Source: Diplonema japonicum (lineage: Eukaryota; Protista; Euglenozoa: Diplonemea). From it: a stretch of 64,000 bases of DNA. The notes under the pieces were generated by a model. That model was not told where the DNA came from and made no database searches. It worked only from the letters and a program-made list of their open reading frames with translations. The stretch covers positions 124,001-188,000 of the forward strand of contig OZ025746.1 in assembly GCA_964019335.1 (NCBI GenBank), read 5' to 3'. This document shows positions 33,901-42,496 of the stretch, in pieces (positions within the stretch are counted from its first letter, which is position 1; every line of letters begins with the position of its first letter). A program made the position numbers and the translations under genes.

Positions 33901-35805
33901 CTCTGCATCCGCCACCATGTCCTCGATGTTGGCCTGCGTCGGGTCAATGGGTAGGCACTTCACGCGCGTGTGTTCGAGCTCCCCGTTCAGGTTGTGGATT
34001 GTGTTCACCGTAACCTTACTGAGCTGCCCTCCTCCTCTTTTCTGCAACATGTTGAGCTGCGTCTGAATGGCTCTCAGCCTGCCTCGCATTTTCTCCAGCC
34101 GTACTTGCATGATCGACGCTGCCCCACACGAGCCAGTTGTTGTTGGTGCACATAGTTGTCTCTGTTGCGGTTGTCTCACCTTGCCGCGGCCCCTATAAGG
34201 TGCCGTGCCGACGGTCTCGTCCCCCAGAAGTATCTTCTCGCTCGCCTCAGCTAGCGCGAGGTACGCCGCCTCCGGGTCTTTTCGCATGTGTTCCCTGAAA
34301 TTGCTCTCCTGGAGTGCCTTACTCCCCTCTTCTTCTGCTGGTTCCACGCCTCCTGGGATTTCTCGGGGTATCATGTATCTCTTCACAGTCTGCTGGAATC
34401 TCGCAAGTCTCAGCTCTACCGTCAGAGTCATATGGTCCGCCCCCTTTACATCCCTGCTTGTTCTGCAGCCCTGTAGCGCCTGTGCTGCGAAAGCGTTCAG
34501 GAGGATGTAGTCGATCCTCGATGCACAGTTCTTCCGAGTGAAGGTTGGCATCGGGTCTTCTCCTTTTCCCGCTGCGCATGCTCCTGCCGCATCAGTCCAT
34601 CCGTTCATCAGCGCGTGACGAAGCTCATACGATCTTTTCTCGTCCGTGTTGAGGTCGCCTGCCACAATCACGGGGACGTTCCCGAGCTCCATCGCCTTCT
34701 TCCTGAGGACGTGCTGCAAGAGTCGTTCTCGTTGCCTCCTTGGTTCCTCTCCCTCCCCTGCTGGGCAGTACACGGTGATGATGTGCAGCCACATATTTTC
34801 CCCGTCTATGCTGACCCTTGTGTGTTGCCACCTACTGTTGATGTCTTGCTTAGCGTCATCCCTCTCGAGTGATGTTCCCAGAGCTGTTCGTGGCTCGCGT
34901 ACAAAAGTCGCCAGGCCTCCTCGTCTTGCGATATCTATAGATATCAGACCTTCCTTGATCCTTCCCTGTTGCGGGTCTGCCCACATAGGTCTGTATTTTC
35001 GCTTCTTGTTCTTCTCTGTCGCGGATTTCATTGCGTGTGCCACCTCTTTCTGTCCTGCTGCCGTAAGTGCAGTCTCTTGTAGGCAGATCACGTCGACGTC
35101 GAGCTGCATGACGCTTTCCAGCCTGTTCCTCAGAGACGCTACATTTGCAGTTGCGAGATGGAAAACCTGTGTCGGTGGCTTCTTGGTACTGCCTGTTTGT
35201 TCACCCTCACTACTTAGGACTTTAAGTGTGCGGTTACCAGCCTTCTCATAGGGGGTATGGCGCCCCTGACTCGCCCCCGTCCCAGTGGTCAGGACACCCC
35301 TTCGTTCAGGGCCGGGTAGATTTCCCCGTTGTTGTAGAGTCGAAGTCTGGCCAGGTGCTGTAGCCTTCTTGTTCCGAGTACCAAGTGCCACCTTCAGCAG
35401 GTCCTCCATCTGCACTACCGTGGCCTCCGTCTTGCCCAACCAATCCATCATGTGTAGCGGCGCGAGTACAGCGTCGTAGTGCTGGGAGTCGTAAGCAACT
35501 ATAATCGTCTGCTTCGCCCCGTCTGGCTTCGTGGCTCGCACCATTCTCTTTTTGTGGAGGATCCAGATACATGTCTGGGTTGCCCATCCTGCCGCTCCGA
35601 GGGTGTAGTAGTCCCCCCACTCTCCGTCATGCTCAATCCTTCTGAGAGAAAGGGAGTGTTTCCTTGCTTCTTTGTAAAACTCCGGGTTCGTCGCGATGTA
35701 CTCTGCTGCCTGTGCGCGTACTGTGCTGGCGTTCCCTGCTCCTCGCGCCCTAGCAATTGCAGCGAACTGGCAATTTCCGTCCCCTTCCACTGGCATGTAT
35801 CTCAT
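30964..35805 (-). CDS. LINE ORF2: OTU cysteine protease, AP endonuclease, reverse transcriptase, CCHC-type finger (1613 aa)
   Basis: OTU: VEGDGNCQF, EWGD, QHYDAV. APE: TANVASL, CLQET, AGDLN, SRIDYIL, ADH. RT: QHGFR, LDFAKCFD, GILQGCPIS, YADD. C-terminal CDAC...HALWEC. Confidence 0.95.
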   Translation of the reverse strand: MRYMPVEGDGNCQFAAIARARGAGNASTVRAQAAEYIATNPEFYKEARKHSLSLRRIEHDGEWGDYYTLGAAGWATQTCIWILHKKRMVRATKPDGAKQTIIVAYDSQHYDAVLAPLHMMDWLGKTEATVVQMEDLLKVALGTRNKKATAPGQTSTLQQRGNLPGPERRGVLTTGTGASQGRHTPYEKAGNRTLKVLSSEGEQTGSTKKPPTQVFHLATANVASLRNRLESVMQLDVDVICLQETALTAAGQKEVAHAMKSATEKNKKRKYRPMWADPQQGRIKEGLISIDIARRGGLATFVREPRTALGTSLERDDAKQDINSRWQHTRVSIDGENMWLHIITVYCPAGEGEEPRRQRERLLQHVLRKKAMELGNVPVIVAGDLNTDEKRSYELRHALMNGWTDAAGACAAGKGEDPMPTFTRKNCASRIDYILLNAFAAQALQGCRTSRDVKGADHMTLTVELRLARFQQTVKRYMIPREIPGGVEPAEEEGSKALQESNFREHMRKDPEAAYLALAEASEKILLGDETVGTAPYRGRGKVRQPQQRQLCAPTTTGSCGAASIMQVRLEKMRGRLRAIQTQLNMLQKRGGGQLSKVTVNTIHNLNGELEHTRVKCLPIDPTQANIEDMVADAEIMSEAVERREREMVKEQRTARHRSYLDSVEQGKETKELVDSAKGIEDKRGTATVEMEKDTIANPQELDRTMREHWEHVFAKYRDKPQPAYATFEKEYGAYIEKRDMVWTPITGIRLKQVLKKKTARSAAGVDGWRMAELRRLPVSILDAWAVFLNEVEETGKWPESALTALVTLIPKTKNAGPLEHRPITVTSAVYRLWACTRLGDILEWQESWIHKTQHGFRARHGTEDVLMDICTRIEEAAMDKTPLLGVALDFAKCFDTVPQQLVLKLMERMGMDKGILRALEGMYKGLRRRFRYATGVGEEFTTTNGILQGCPISIIMINALLAVLMRSVEERTGAETLSYADDAYLLAKLAEVLQKATDSASAFCDIVGMELNTKKSEVFAAGAKAPGIEVAGRQLRSTNKIKILGARIRTDGQTQTDNTRARAAGDTLRRLATTQLSFWQKAEVLRTTVLPSCLYDVAFAPPSEGYLKSLTSTATYALWGPRYRTRSPAAVLSNLFSGHTHDPEVAAPYRALAAIYRTRRKLGEVWERCQRLAKGYQDPTRTTPLGPIGNAMKRWLPKISTNWGQFTEMLAENKDKFAHVVREKLRSGRAEHIQDRRRSMEGLDRGADPRTNDLWRELMRLGPQGAMAARDLRRIVAGGVFYTHPKAWYQDKITRRVPPPEGEQSESEDSSEEEGDETHERVNKRPTTDEVTCDACGAEEDESNMLRHALWECSVAKEVQQKEVHAEVVASKTEMPICMQLHGTLPRGHRTHQHRLRKTQYYLLEVVAKRDQLLQDKRKLETYTTHPWEQVTEGNAHAPPEWKELRKHVSGSLMMKHGEDIVKWLKKLKWYDGPRKTTVTTMELVLDFENTLGVEPITGKKGDLDMIQKKARSFHGLLERIQEGWDTARIQKKVRGKRIFPAESQKNHALRTIGAKKSLGWNRRPVFASEKTKKDLKKLGRKWQEEREDTLRKATQPKKKERPRPQKGERGR

Positions 35806-35886
35806 GAGCAGCTGTTCGGCTGTGCTTCGCAGGAGTTGCCTCTCCGTTCCCTCTGTCCTCCCGCCGCCCCTCCATGCTCCTGCGTT

Positions 35887-37569
35887 TCATCGCCTCACGC
35901 ACGCGCGGCATACCTTGCGGCTGCATCCGTCAACCTGGCACCTAAGCTGGTACCGCTTCTTCGGCTGCTGCTTCTCGCAACCGTCGCACCACCACCTCCC
36001 CTGCTTCTTCTCGCCCTCGTCGCGGTCTGGGTAGATGTGGGCGTGCCTGTCCGTGTCCCTCTCCCTCCGCCTTCGCTCGGTGTCCCTCGCTAGGCTCCGG
36101 CTCTTCGACTTCGACGACGCCCTCGACTTCGTCTTGGCCCTCGAGGTCGTCGTCTCCGCCGCGTATCCTGCCGTGGCCTGTTCCTCGGGCTCCACCGACA
36201 TCCTCACCCCAGACGGGGATCTCATCCTCGGCTTCGGTGATGGTGATCGTGATGCCGATTGTGTGGGGGGTGTCGTCTCCCTTGTTGACTTCCCTCCAAC
36301 CTTCCGTTTCTTCTCTGTTGGCTTCCCAGAGAGCTTCTCCAGCATTGCCTTCAGTTCTTGCACTTCCTTTCTGAGAGCTACCACCTCCTGTTCGAGCATC
36401 TCTTCTTTTTTCGTAGGGCCTTGCAGTTGCTGCTGCTCCTTCTGTTGTTGTTCCCGCGTGTGCTGCTTTCCTTGTTGCTGTTGTTTTTCTTGCTGCGGGT
36501 GCTGTTGCTCAGGTGCTACCTTCCCAGCTTCGACCCACGCCTTCTGCCCGTGTGTCTTCCCGTATAGCGCCAGGAACTGGCGCTTCGTGTACGTGCGCCC
36601 CGCGTACTCTTCCGGGTCTGCGGGGTCCGTCCTCTTCTCCTCCTCCTGCTTTCGCACTGCCTTCGGCGGCGGCTTCCCTGCCTCCCACACCTCCGCCGTT
36701 CCTCCCTGCCATTTTATCTCCCCGAAACTTGGGGGTGCCTCCGCCTGCAACACAGCCACTGTGCCCCCCTGCTTCGGGATGGTGCGGATGACCACCGCTT
36801 TCCACCCTGCTTCTTTGACAACCTCCTCGATGGTGGTTGTGTCCGCGCCCTTCGGGAGACCTCGGATGTCGTAGGTGGTCTTTCTGACAACCCCGAGGCC
36901 TTCCTTCAGGAGGTACTCCTGCACTTCCTCCCTTCTCTCGCTGACCTGCAGGCCCCATCCCTTGCCGTTCAGCGTCAGTGTCGCCGAGGGGGTGATCCGT
37001 GTCATCACTGCCCCAAGTACGTTTTGTGCCAGCCAGTGCTGCCTTGTGGACATCCACAAGGCCCCCCTTTCCCTCCTCTCGATCTTCCAGGGACCGTCCT
37101 CGTTCCCTAGCGCGGTCCCCTCCTGTTCCGGTGCCATCCAGATTAGGAAATCCATGACAGATTCCCCCTTCTTGCCTTCCCTCTCCATGTGTGGCCCTAC
37201 GTGCACTCCCGTCAGGCCCGCCTTGCCGAGAAAAGCCATCACACTCTTTCTCGGGTCTTCCTTCGCCGCTTTCCATGCCTCGTCTCCTGCCGCCCACTCA
37301 GCCATGATGGCCCTGCAGGCGACCTCCTCCTTTGCGCCCTTCACCGGCGCCTTCTTCCTTTCCCCTCCTTTCCCGCTGGCCGCCTCCCTTGGCGCCACCA
37401 GCCGCTGCACCGTCACCGTCCCGCCACTCACCTTCTTCCCCACCCTCTCCGCCCAGTTTGGGCCCTGCCCGTCCCGGCGCGTCTGCACCGAGCTTTGCTC
37501 GGTCCCAGGGGCACCGCTTGGAGGTGCGCCGGGTTTGCTTGCTGATTGCTCTGATTGATGTTCGCTCAT
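35887..37569 (-). CDS. LINE ORF1 (560 aa): possible RRM-like region, coiled coil, basic segment, C-terminal Cys-rich finger
   Basis: Directly upstream of ORF2 with the same purine-rich composition. Coiled coil LEQEVVALRKEVQELKAML; finger CDGC..CQVDGC...CRAC. Confidence 0.8.
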   Translation of the reverse strand: MSEHQSEQSASKPGAPPSGAPGTEQSSVQTRRDGQGPNWAERVGKKVSGGTVTVQRLVAPREAASGKGGERKKAPVKGAKEEVACRAIMAEWAAGDEAWKAAKEDPRKSVMAFLGKAGLTGVHVGPHMEREGKKGESVMDFLIWMAPEQEGTALGNEDGPWKIERRERGALWMSTRQHWLAQNVLGAVMTRITPSATLTLNGKGWGLQVSERREEVQEYLLKEGLGVVRKTTYDIRGLPKGADTTTIEEVVKEAGWKAVVIRTIPKQGGTVAVLQAEAPPSFGEIKWQGGTAEVWEAGKPPPKAVRKQEEEKRTDPADPEEYAGRTYTKRQFLALYGKTHGQKAWVEAGKVAPEQQHPQQEKQQQQGKQHTREQQQKEQQQLQGPTKKEEMLEQEVVALRKEVQELKAMLEKLSGKPTEKKRKVGGKSTRETTPPTQSASRSPSPKPRMRSPSGVRMSVEPEEQATAGYAAETTTSRAKTKSRASSKSKSRSLARDTERRRRERDTDRHAHIYPDRDEGEKKQGRWWCDGCEKQQPKKRYQLRCQVDGCSRKVCRACVRR

Positions 37570-37798
37570 GTTAGTTCCGCCCCCAAAAAAAAAAAAAAAA
37601 AAAGAGTTCTTTGCCCGGACACAAAAACGGGTACAAAATTAACAAAAAACCGGAAGAAAGAATGAGTGGAAATATAAAAAAAAGAAAAAAAAAAAAAAAA
37701 AAAAAACCATATTGAGATGAAGTATTTTTTTTTTTCTTCTTTTTTTTTTTGCTAGAATTGAAGAAACTTTTTTTTTTTATTATTATCATTATTTTTTT

Positions 37799-38515
37799 CT
37801 ACTCTTTAGGTGGGTCTTTGGGCTTTGTAGCCAGCAAGGACTGGAGTTTATTCATCCCGGTAACAGCGATGCCCGCTGCCTTTCCGGAGATATTATGCTT
37901 CCCATCGACCTCCTTCGCCTTCCCCACCACTGTGGAAGCTGCGGAAGAGACCTTTTCGGTGATGTGGTACTCAGCGTTGACCTCTTTGGCTTTGGCGCCA
38001 GTAGTTTTCGCTGCTGAAACAACCTTGTCGGTAATGTGATATTCTTGGTTAACCTCTTTTGCTTTTCCGTAAGCAGAAACAGCTGTGTTCCCGGCTCCTT
38101 GAGAGACTTCTCCCACAGGGCCGTCTCGTGTTGCAGCGTAACACATAGCACCGGCACCTGCAACGGCGACAATGGGCCCTGCTACTACAAGGCCCACACC
38201 CGCACCTACGGCGGCGCAGCCAAGCATTGTTTTTGTCCCCCCTGCTTTATCTGTGGCGGCCTTCGCATCCTTTGCCACATCCACTGCTTTTGCCACTTGG
38301 TCTGGATGTTCCTGTGCGTACTTTGCTGCTTTTACAGCTGCGTCGGGGTTTTCTTGCATCACTTGAACAACTTTCACTGCTGCCGCAGCCTCAACGGGAG
38401 GCCGCGGGTTGCTCGGTGCAGGTGGCGGTGCCGAAGAACTTGGTGCGGGTGCAGATACAGGTGCTGGTGGTGCGCTCGGCTTTGCCACATCATCCCACTG
38501 CGGTTGCCCTGACAT
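37799..38515 (-). CDS. Hypothetical protein, 238 aa: Pro-rich N-terminus, Gly/Ala hydrophobic segment, three ~22-aa KAKEV repeats
   Basis: ATG at 38515 after an A-run. Repeats KAKEVNQEYHITDKV / KAKEVNAEYHITEKV / KAKEVDGKHNISGK. Confidence 0.75.
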   Translation of the reverse strand: MSGQPQWDDVAKPSAPPAPVSAPAPSSSAPPPAPSNPRPPVEAAAAVKVVQVMQENPDAAVKAAKYAQEHPDQVAKAVDVAKDAKAATDKAGGTKTMLGCAAVGAGVGLVVAGPIVAVAGAGAMCYAATRDGPVGEVSQGAGNTAVSAYGKAKEVNQEYHITDKVVSAAKTTGAKAKEVNAEYHITEKVSSAASTVVGKAKEVDGKHNISGKAAGIAVTGMNKLQSLLATKPKDPPKE

Positions 38516-38549
<34 letters not shown>

Positions 38550-38614
38550 CCCCTCCTTCTATTTTTTAGCTTACAAAAGAAAAAAATAATAATAATAATA
38601 ATAATAATAATGAA

Positions 38615-39644
38615 CATAGTATCCAGGGTTAACCGATCACCCGCGGGTTTTTAATTACAATCGGGTTTTAAATTGACGTCAAATGAAAGGCGAGCATGCA
38701 ACCATGCTTAAAACCCTTTGTTTCATCCCCCGGGCCCCCCAGATACACAAAGCCGACCCCAGGGAGCATCAAAACGACTTAGAAAAGGATTATTTTCCCG
38801 AAAGGCTGTTTTTTCGCTTTTTTTGGCGGTTTTTCTTCTTTTTTCTGTTTAAATAGGAGCGAAATCAAAAATCAATAATTAGAACGGGAGGAGAGCATGC
38901 AACCATACTTATAACCCTTCTATTCGTCTCCCGGACCTCCCAGGTACACAACGCCTGCATCGAAACAACTTAGAAAAGGATTATTTTCCCGAAAATCGGC
39001 ATTCTCCCTGTTTTTGGCGGGTTTTTAACTGGGCACGAAAGTCAATAATGAAAAACATTGAAACTTGAACGGGAAGTAGCAACGCACAAAGTAAGGGGGC
39101 GCCTTGAAAAGCTCCATGGGACACACGGAAGCGTTCTTAGCCTTGTCAGCAGCGATCCTGCTAGCAAGTGTGCCCTTGGTGCCGTAGGAGCTTAATTTCC
39201 TCCTTTTGGCATGGGCCACCAGCTGGTCCCTGCTCTTCTCCAAGAGCTGAGTCTTGTATCGCACCTCTGAAGAAGTCACAGATTCTTCAGAAGAGGAAGA
39301 GGAACAAGTGTCGGACATTTTATCCTAAAAAAAAGTATTTGGGGTGAGTTCTTACGAAAATAATAAAAAAGTCCGAAAACCAGTTTTTTCAAAACTGCAT
39401 TTAAGGCTCTATTTTGGGTTTTAATGGCTGGAATGGGCTCAGATCGTCAAAATAGGGTTTTTGAAAAAAAAAAAAATTGAGCATGGTCTTGGTATTTTTT
39501 TGCCAGAAATATGGGTTTTGGATCGATCAAACCGATCCGAAATTAAAAAAAAACCGATCATTAACCCGACTGTGATCGAAAATCTAAAATTGCTCGGGTC
39601 GGGTTTCAAAACCCGAAGGTGATCGGTTAACCCTGGACACTATG
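38615..39644. mobile_element. Non-autonomous TIR DNA transposon, 1030 bp, 6-bp TSD AATGAA
   Basis: TIR CATAGTRTCCAGGGTTAACCGATCACC..CGGGTTTT at both ends. aatgaa at 38609-38614 and 39645-39650. Internal ~130-bp direct repeats near 38690 and 38890. Confidence 0.88.
39025..39318 (-). CDS. Small SAP-domain ORF inside the TIR element; possibly a truncated transposon gene
   Basis: LLEKSRDQLVAHAKRRKLSSYGTKGTLASRI fits the SAP helix-loop-helix consensus. Confidence 0.55.
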   Translation of the reverse strand: MSDTCSSSSSEESVTSSEVRYKTQLLEKSRDQLVAHAKRRKLSSYGTKGTLASRIAADKAKNASVCPMELFKAPPYFVRCYFPFKFQCFSLLTFVPS

Positions 39645-39798
39645 AATGAAGTATAAATATATAAATACTGTAAAAAAAAAAAAAAAAAAAAAAGAATTCG
39701 ACGAAACGAGAACTGCGGGTTTCTTTTTTTTTTTTTTCTTTCCTTCCTTTTTTTTCTTTTCCCCGCAAAAGCGTTGGTGTTTATCTTTTCATGTTCAC

Positions 39799-39840
<42 letters not shown>

Positions 39841-40145
39841 TTCCGTTTTTGCTTCGTCTCGTCCGGAGATTTTTTTTTTTCTACAATATGCGGAAGAAGA
39901 GAAGGGGTGTGAAGGGGAGCGGGAGGGGATAAGATGTTTTTTTCTTTCTTTCTTTTTTTTTTCTTTTCTTCCTTCTCTCACGAATGGGGACGATCATGAA
40001 GGGGTGATAAGAGAGCGCAATAACATATCAAGTCACGATGAGTTTGTGTTTTTTTTTTTTTTCTTTCTTTCCAAGAGGATGAAATGATCTTTCAGTGTAC
40101 AAAAAACTTGCCATAAAGCTGGTATTGTTGATCATTTTCCTCTCT

Positions 40146-40184
<39 letters not shown>

Positions 40185-41085
40185 GAGCTAAGAGGGAGAA
40201 AACAAAAATGAAAAAAGTAGAGAAATCCCCCCTGGACAACATAAAACAAGTGTAATGGTTGCAAAGGGGAAAAGAGGATGCAGAGAGAGAGAGAGAGGGG
40301 GTGGGGGTGGGGAGACAGAAAATATTCTGACTTTCCTTTTTTTTTTTTTTTTTTTTTTTTCCGTTTCTTTTATCTTTTTCGAAGACAAAAACAAAAAAAA
40401 AAAAATAAAACAAAAATTGACAAAATACTTTCTTTTTTTTTTTTTTTTTTTTTTTTTTCTTTCTTGAGAAAAAAGCTACAAACGGTAAGCAAATTGGGCA
40501 AACCTGAATTTCATTTTTTTTCCACCAAAGATGAGAACTAAAGTTGTATTTTTTTTTTTCCCCTCTCCGTAAGGAAAGGTTAACAAGCACAGAGTTTCGT
40601 GGAACATCCAAATTCGCGCGCTGTTTTGTAGTTTTTTTTCTTTTTTTTTTCTTTTTTTTTTTCCAAGAAAAGAAGTACGAACACCTCGGATTTCTAACAT
40701 GAAGCCTTACCTTTCAAAGGTGATCGAATTAAAATCTACCTCAACCTAGTTATTGATTAATCTTTTTTTTCTTCTTCTTCTTCTTCTTTTTTTTTTCGGG
40801 TACATATGACATAAATTCCTCAGAACTATTTGAAATTGATCGCAAATCAGAAGCCTATCAGCCCTCTGCAGCACGATGCCAGGCTATAAAAAAAATAAAA
40901 ATAAAAACCCCTTGAGGAAATAGTGGCTTCAAATTAGAAATCCGAAGGGTAATAAAAAAAAAAGTTTTTTTTGGCTACTTTTCTTTTTTTTTTTTTTTAA
41001 AGAGGGGAAATGAAAAGAGTAAAACAAAACGAAAAAAAAAAAAAAAAAAAAAAAAAAAAACAAAAAAAAACTGATTGAAAACTGA

Positions 41086-41121
<36 letters not shown>

Positions 41122-41193
41122 AGGAGGCGACAATTATCCATCCACTTTTCTTTTTTTTTTTTTTTTCTTTCTCCCCCACCACCCTCAAAAGTC

Positions 41194-42369
41194 TCATGCC
41201 TCCGCAGCCCCGGTAACTTTTATGCAGCACAACCCTTCCTCAACTGTGGTTTTCAACAAATTAAAACTCTCCTTTTCAACGGAGAAAAGCTCCCTCCGCG
41301 CCCCTTCTTCGTCCTTGGCCACCATCTTCATGTGCAAAAGCATCTCCCTAAGCTTCGAGAGGCTGTCATGAGTCAGCCTATTCGGAGCAGTTACCGCATC
41401 AAGAAGCAACGGTGTTAAATTAACCTGTGATCGCAGAGTGACACGTAAAGCCTCAATCACATCCTGAATGTCGACGTAGTGCGACATCTTCTCTTCATAA
41501 GTAATAAGAATGGAAAGCGCGAGGTTATAGAGGAAAGGAAGGCCTTCCAAAAAATATAAGTCAAGGATTATAAGACTATATTCGGTCTGGGTGTAGTCGA
41601 CAAATAAGCACAGCACCCACTGAAGGCAAACAATGTAACAAGGAGACACAGTTTCAGCAAACACTTGCATCAGCTTCGGAGCCCGTTCGTTCAAAATCAT
41701 ATCAAAGATGCACAGGTCGTCGCGGCACTGTCTAAGACCATCTGAATCCCCGCATGCGTCCGTGTAATAATCATGGGAGTATTTATGGCCCTGAACCACT
41801 GCATCGAGCAGCCAAAATGCTTGTTCTTCCGTGCAGCCTGCGCTTAAGAAGAACCCAGTCACAACATTCATGGACTGGGTGTACCCGTGACGGTATGCCC
41901 CGGAAAATTTTAGTAATACTGTTTCCAATGATTGTTGGCCTTTTCCGCCAGGTTCTCTGAACAGGTTGCATCGTGGGAGGGTTCTGTTGATGTCTTTACC
42001 TACTGCGGTTCGGTTGCATCCTGTACATTCTTTTACCTCGGAATACTGTGTTTTTGAAAGGTTTTTTTTTTCTTCGCCGCCTGAGATTTTCATCCATAGT
42101 TTTGCGCGTGTGTCTCGTGGGAGGCCTCCTCTCGCGACGAATTTTCTGTCGATCTTGTCCTGGCACCACTTGTCGTTTCGTATACCCTCCGCCCACTCCT
42201 TGTACGCATCGTCCCGCAGCCCTTCAATGTGTTGGATCGCTGCGTCGTCGCTCGGCTGCTTCCAGTACCCCAGTCTGTCCACCTCCTCCCCTTCGAAAAG
42301 CCTCTTCGCGTAATACCCTGCTGCCGCCGCCCCCGTCCAGATTAATGGTGTAAATACAAAAATGGGCAT
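41194..42369 (-). CDS. TBC-domain Rab GTPase-activating protein, 391 aa
   Basis: GGLPRDTRAKLW; VGKDINRT (Arg finger); GYTQSMN (Gln finger); EEQAFWLL. Confidence 0.9.
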   Translation of the reverse strand: MPIFVFTPLIWTGAAAAGYYAKRLFEGEEVDRLGYWKQPSDDAAIQHIEGLRDDAYKEWAEGIRNDKWCQDKIDRKFVARGGLPRDTRAKLWMKISGGEEKKNLSKTQYSEVKECTGCNRTAVGKDINRTLPRCNLFREPGGKGQQSLETVLLKFSGAYRHGYTQSMNVVTGFFLSAGCTEEQAFWLLDAVVQGHKYSHDYYTDACGDSDGLRQCRDDLCIFDMILNERAPKLMQVFAETVSPCYIVCLQWVLCLFVDYTQTEYSLIILDLYFLEGLPFLYNLALSILITYEEKMSHYVDIQDVIEALRVTLRSQVNLTPLLLDAVTAPNRLTHDSLSKLREMLLHMKMVAKDEEGARRELFSVEKESFNLLKTTVEEGLCCIKVTGAAEA

Positions 42370-42401
42370 TTGAGCATTTAGGTGGAGTGTGTGGGATGGG
42401 G

Positions 42402-42434
<33 letters not shown>

Positions 42435-42496
42435 CCAGACCAAAAAAATAAAATAAAATAAAAAAGAATACAATAAAGGGGGGGGGGGGGGAGAAT

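Larger units (their letters stand above)
30925..37584 (-). mobile_element. Apparently full-length non-LTR retrotransposon (APE-type LINE) with OTU domain; ends approximate
   Basis: ORF1 plus ORF2 (OTU, APE, RT, Zn finger). Small hairpin just after the ORF2 stop at 30927-30950. No TSD or poly(A) tail resolved. Confidence 0.9.

Noticed and set aside
37560-37600. AACTAAC before LINE ORF1 as an SL 5' end; TSD for the LINE
   Set aside because: Only 7 nt match, and no convincing direct repeat is visible in the homopolymer flanks.
39650-41190. Short complex islands between homopolymer runs as micro-exons or snoRNAs
   Set aside because: No consistent GT-AG frame or C/D box pair could be built.
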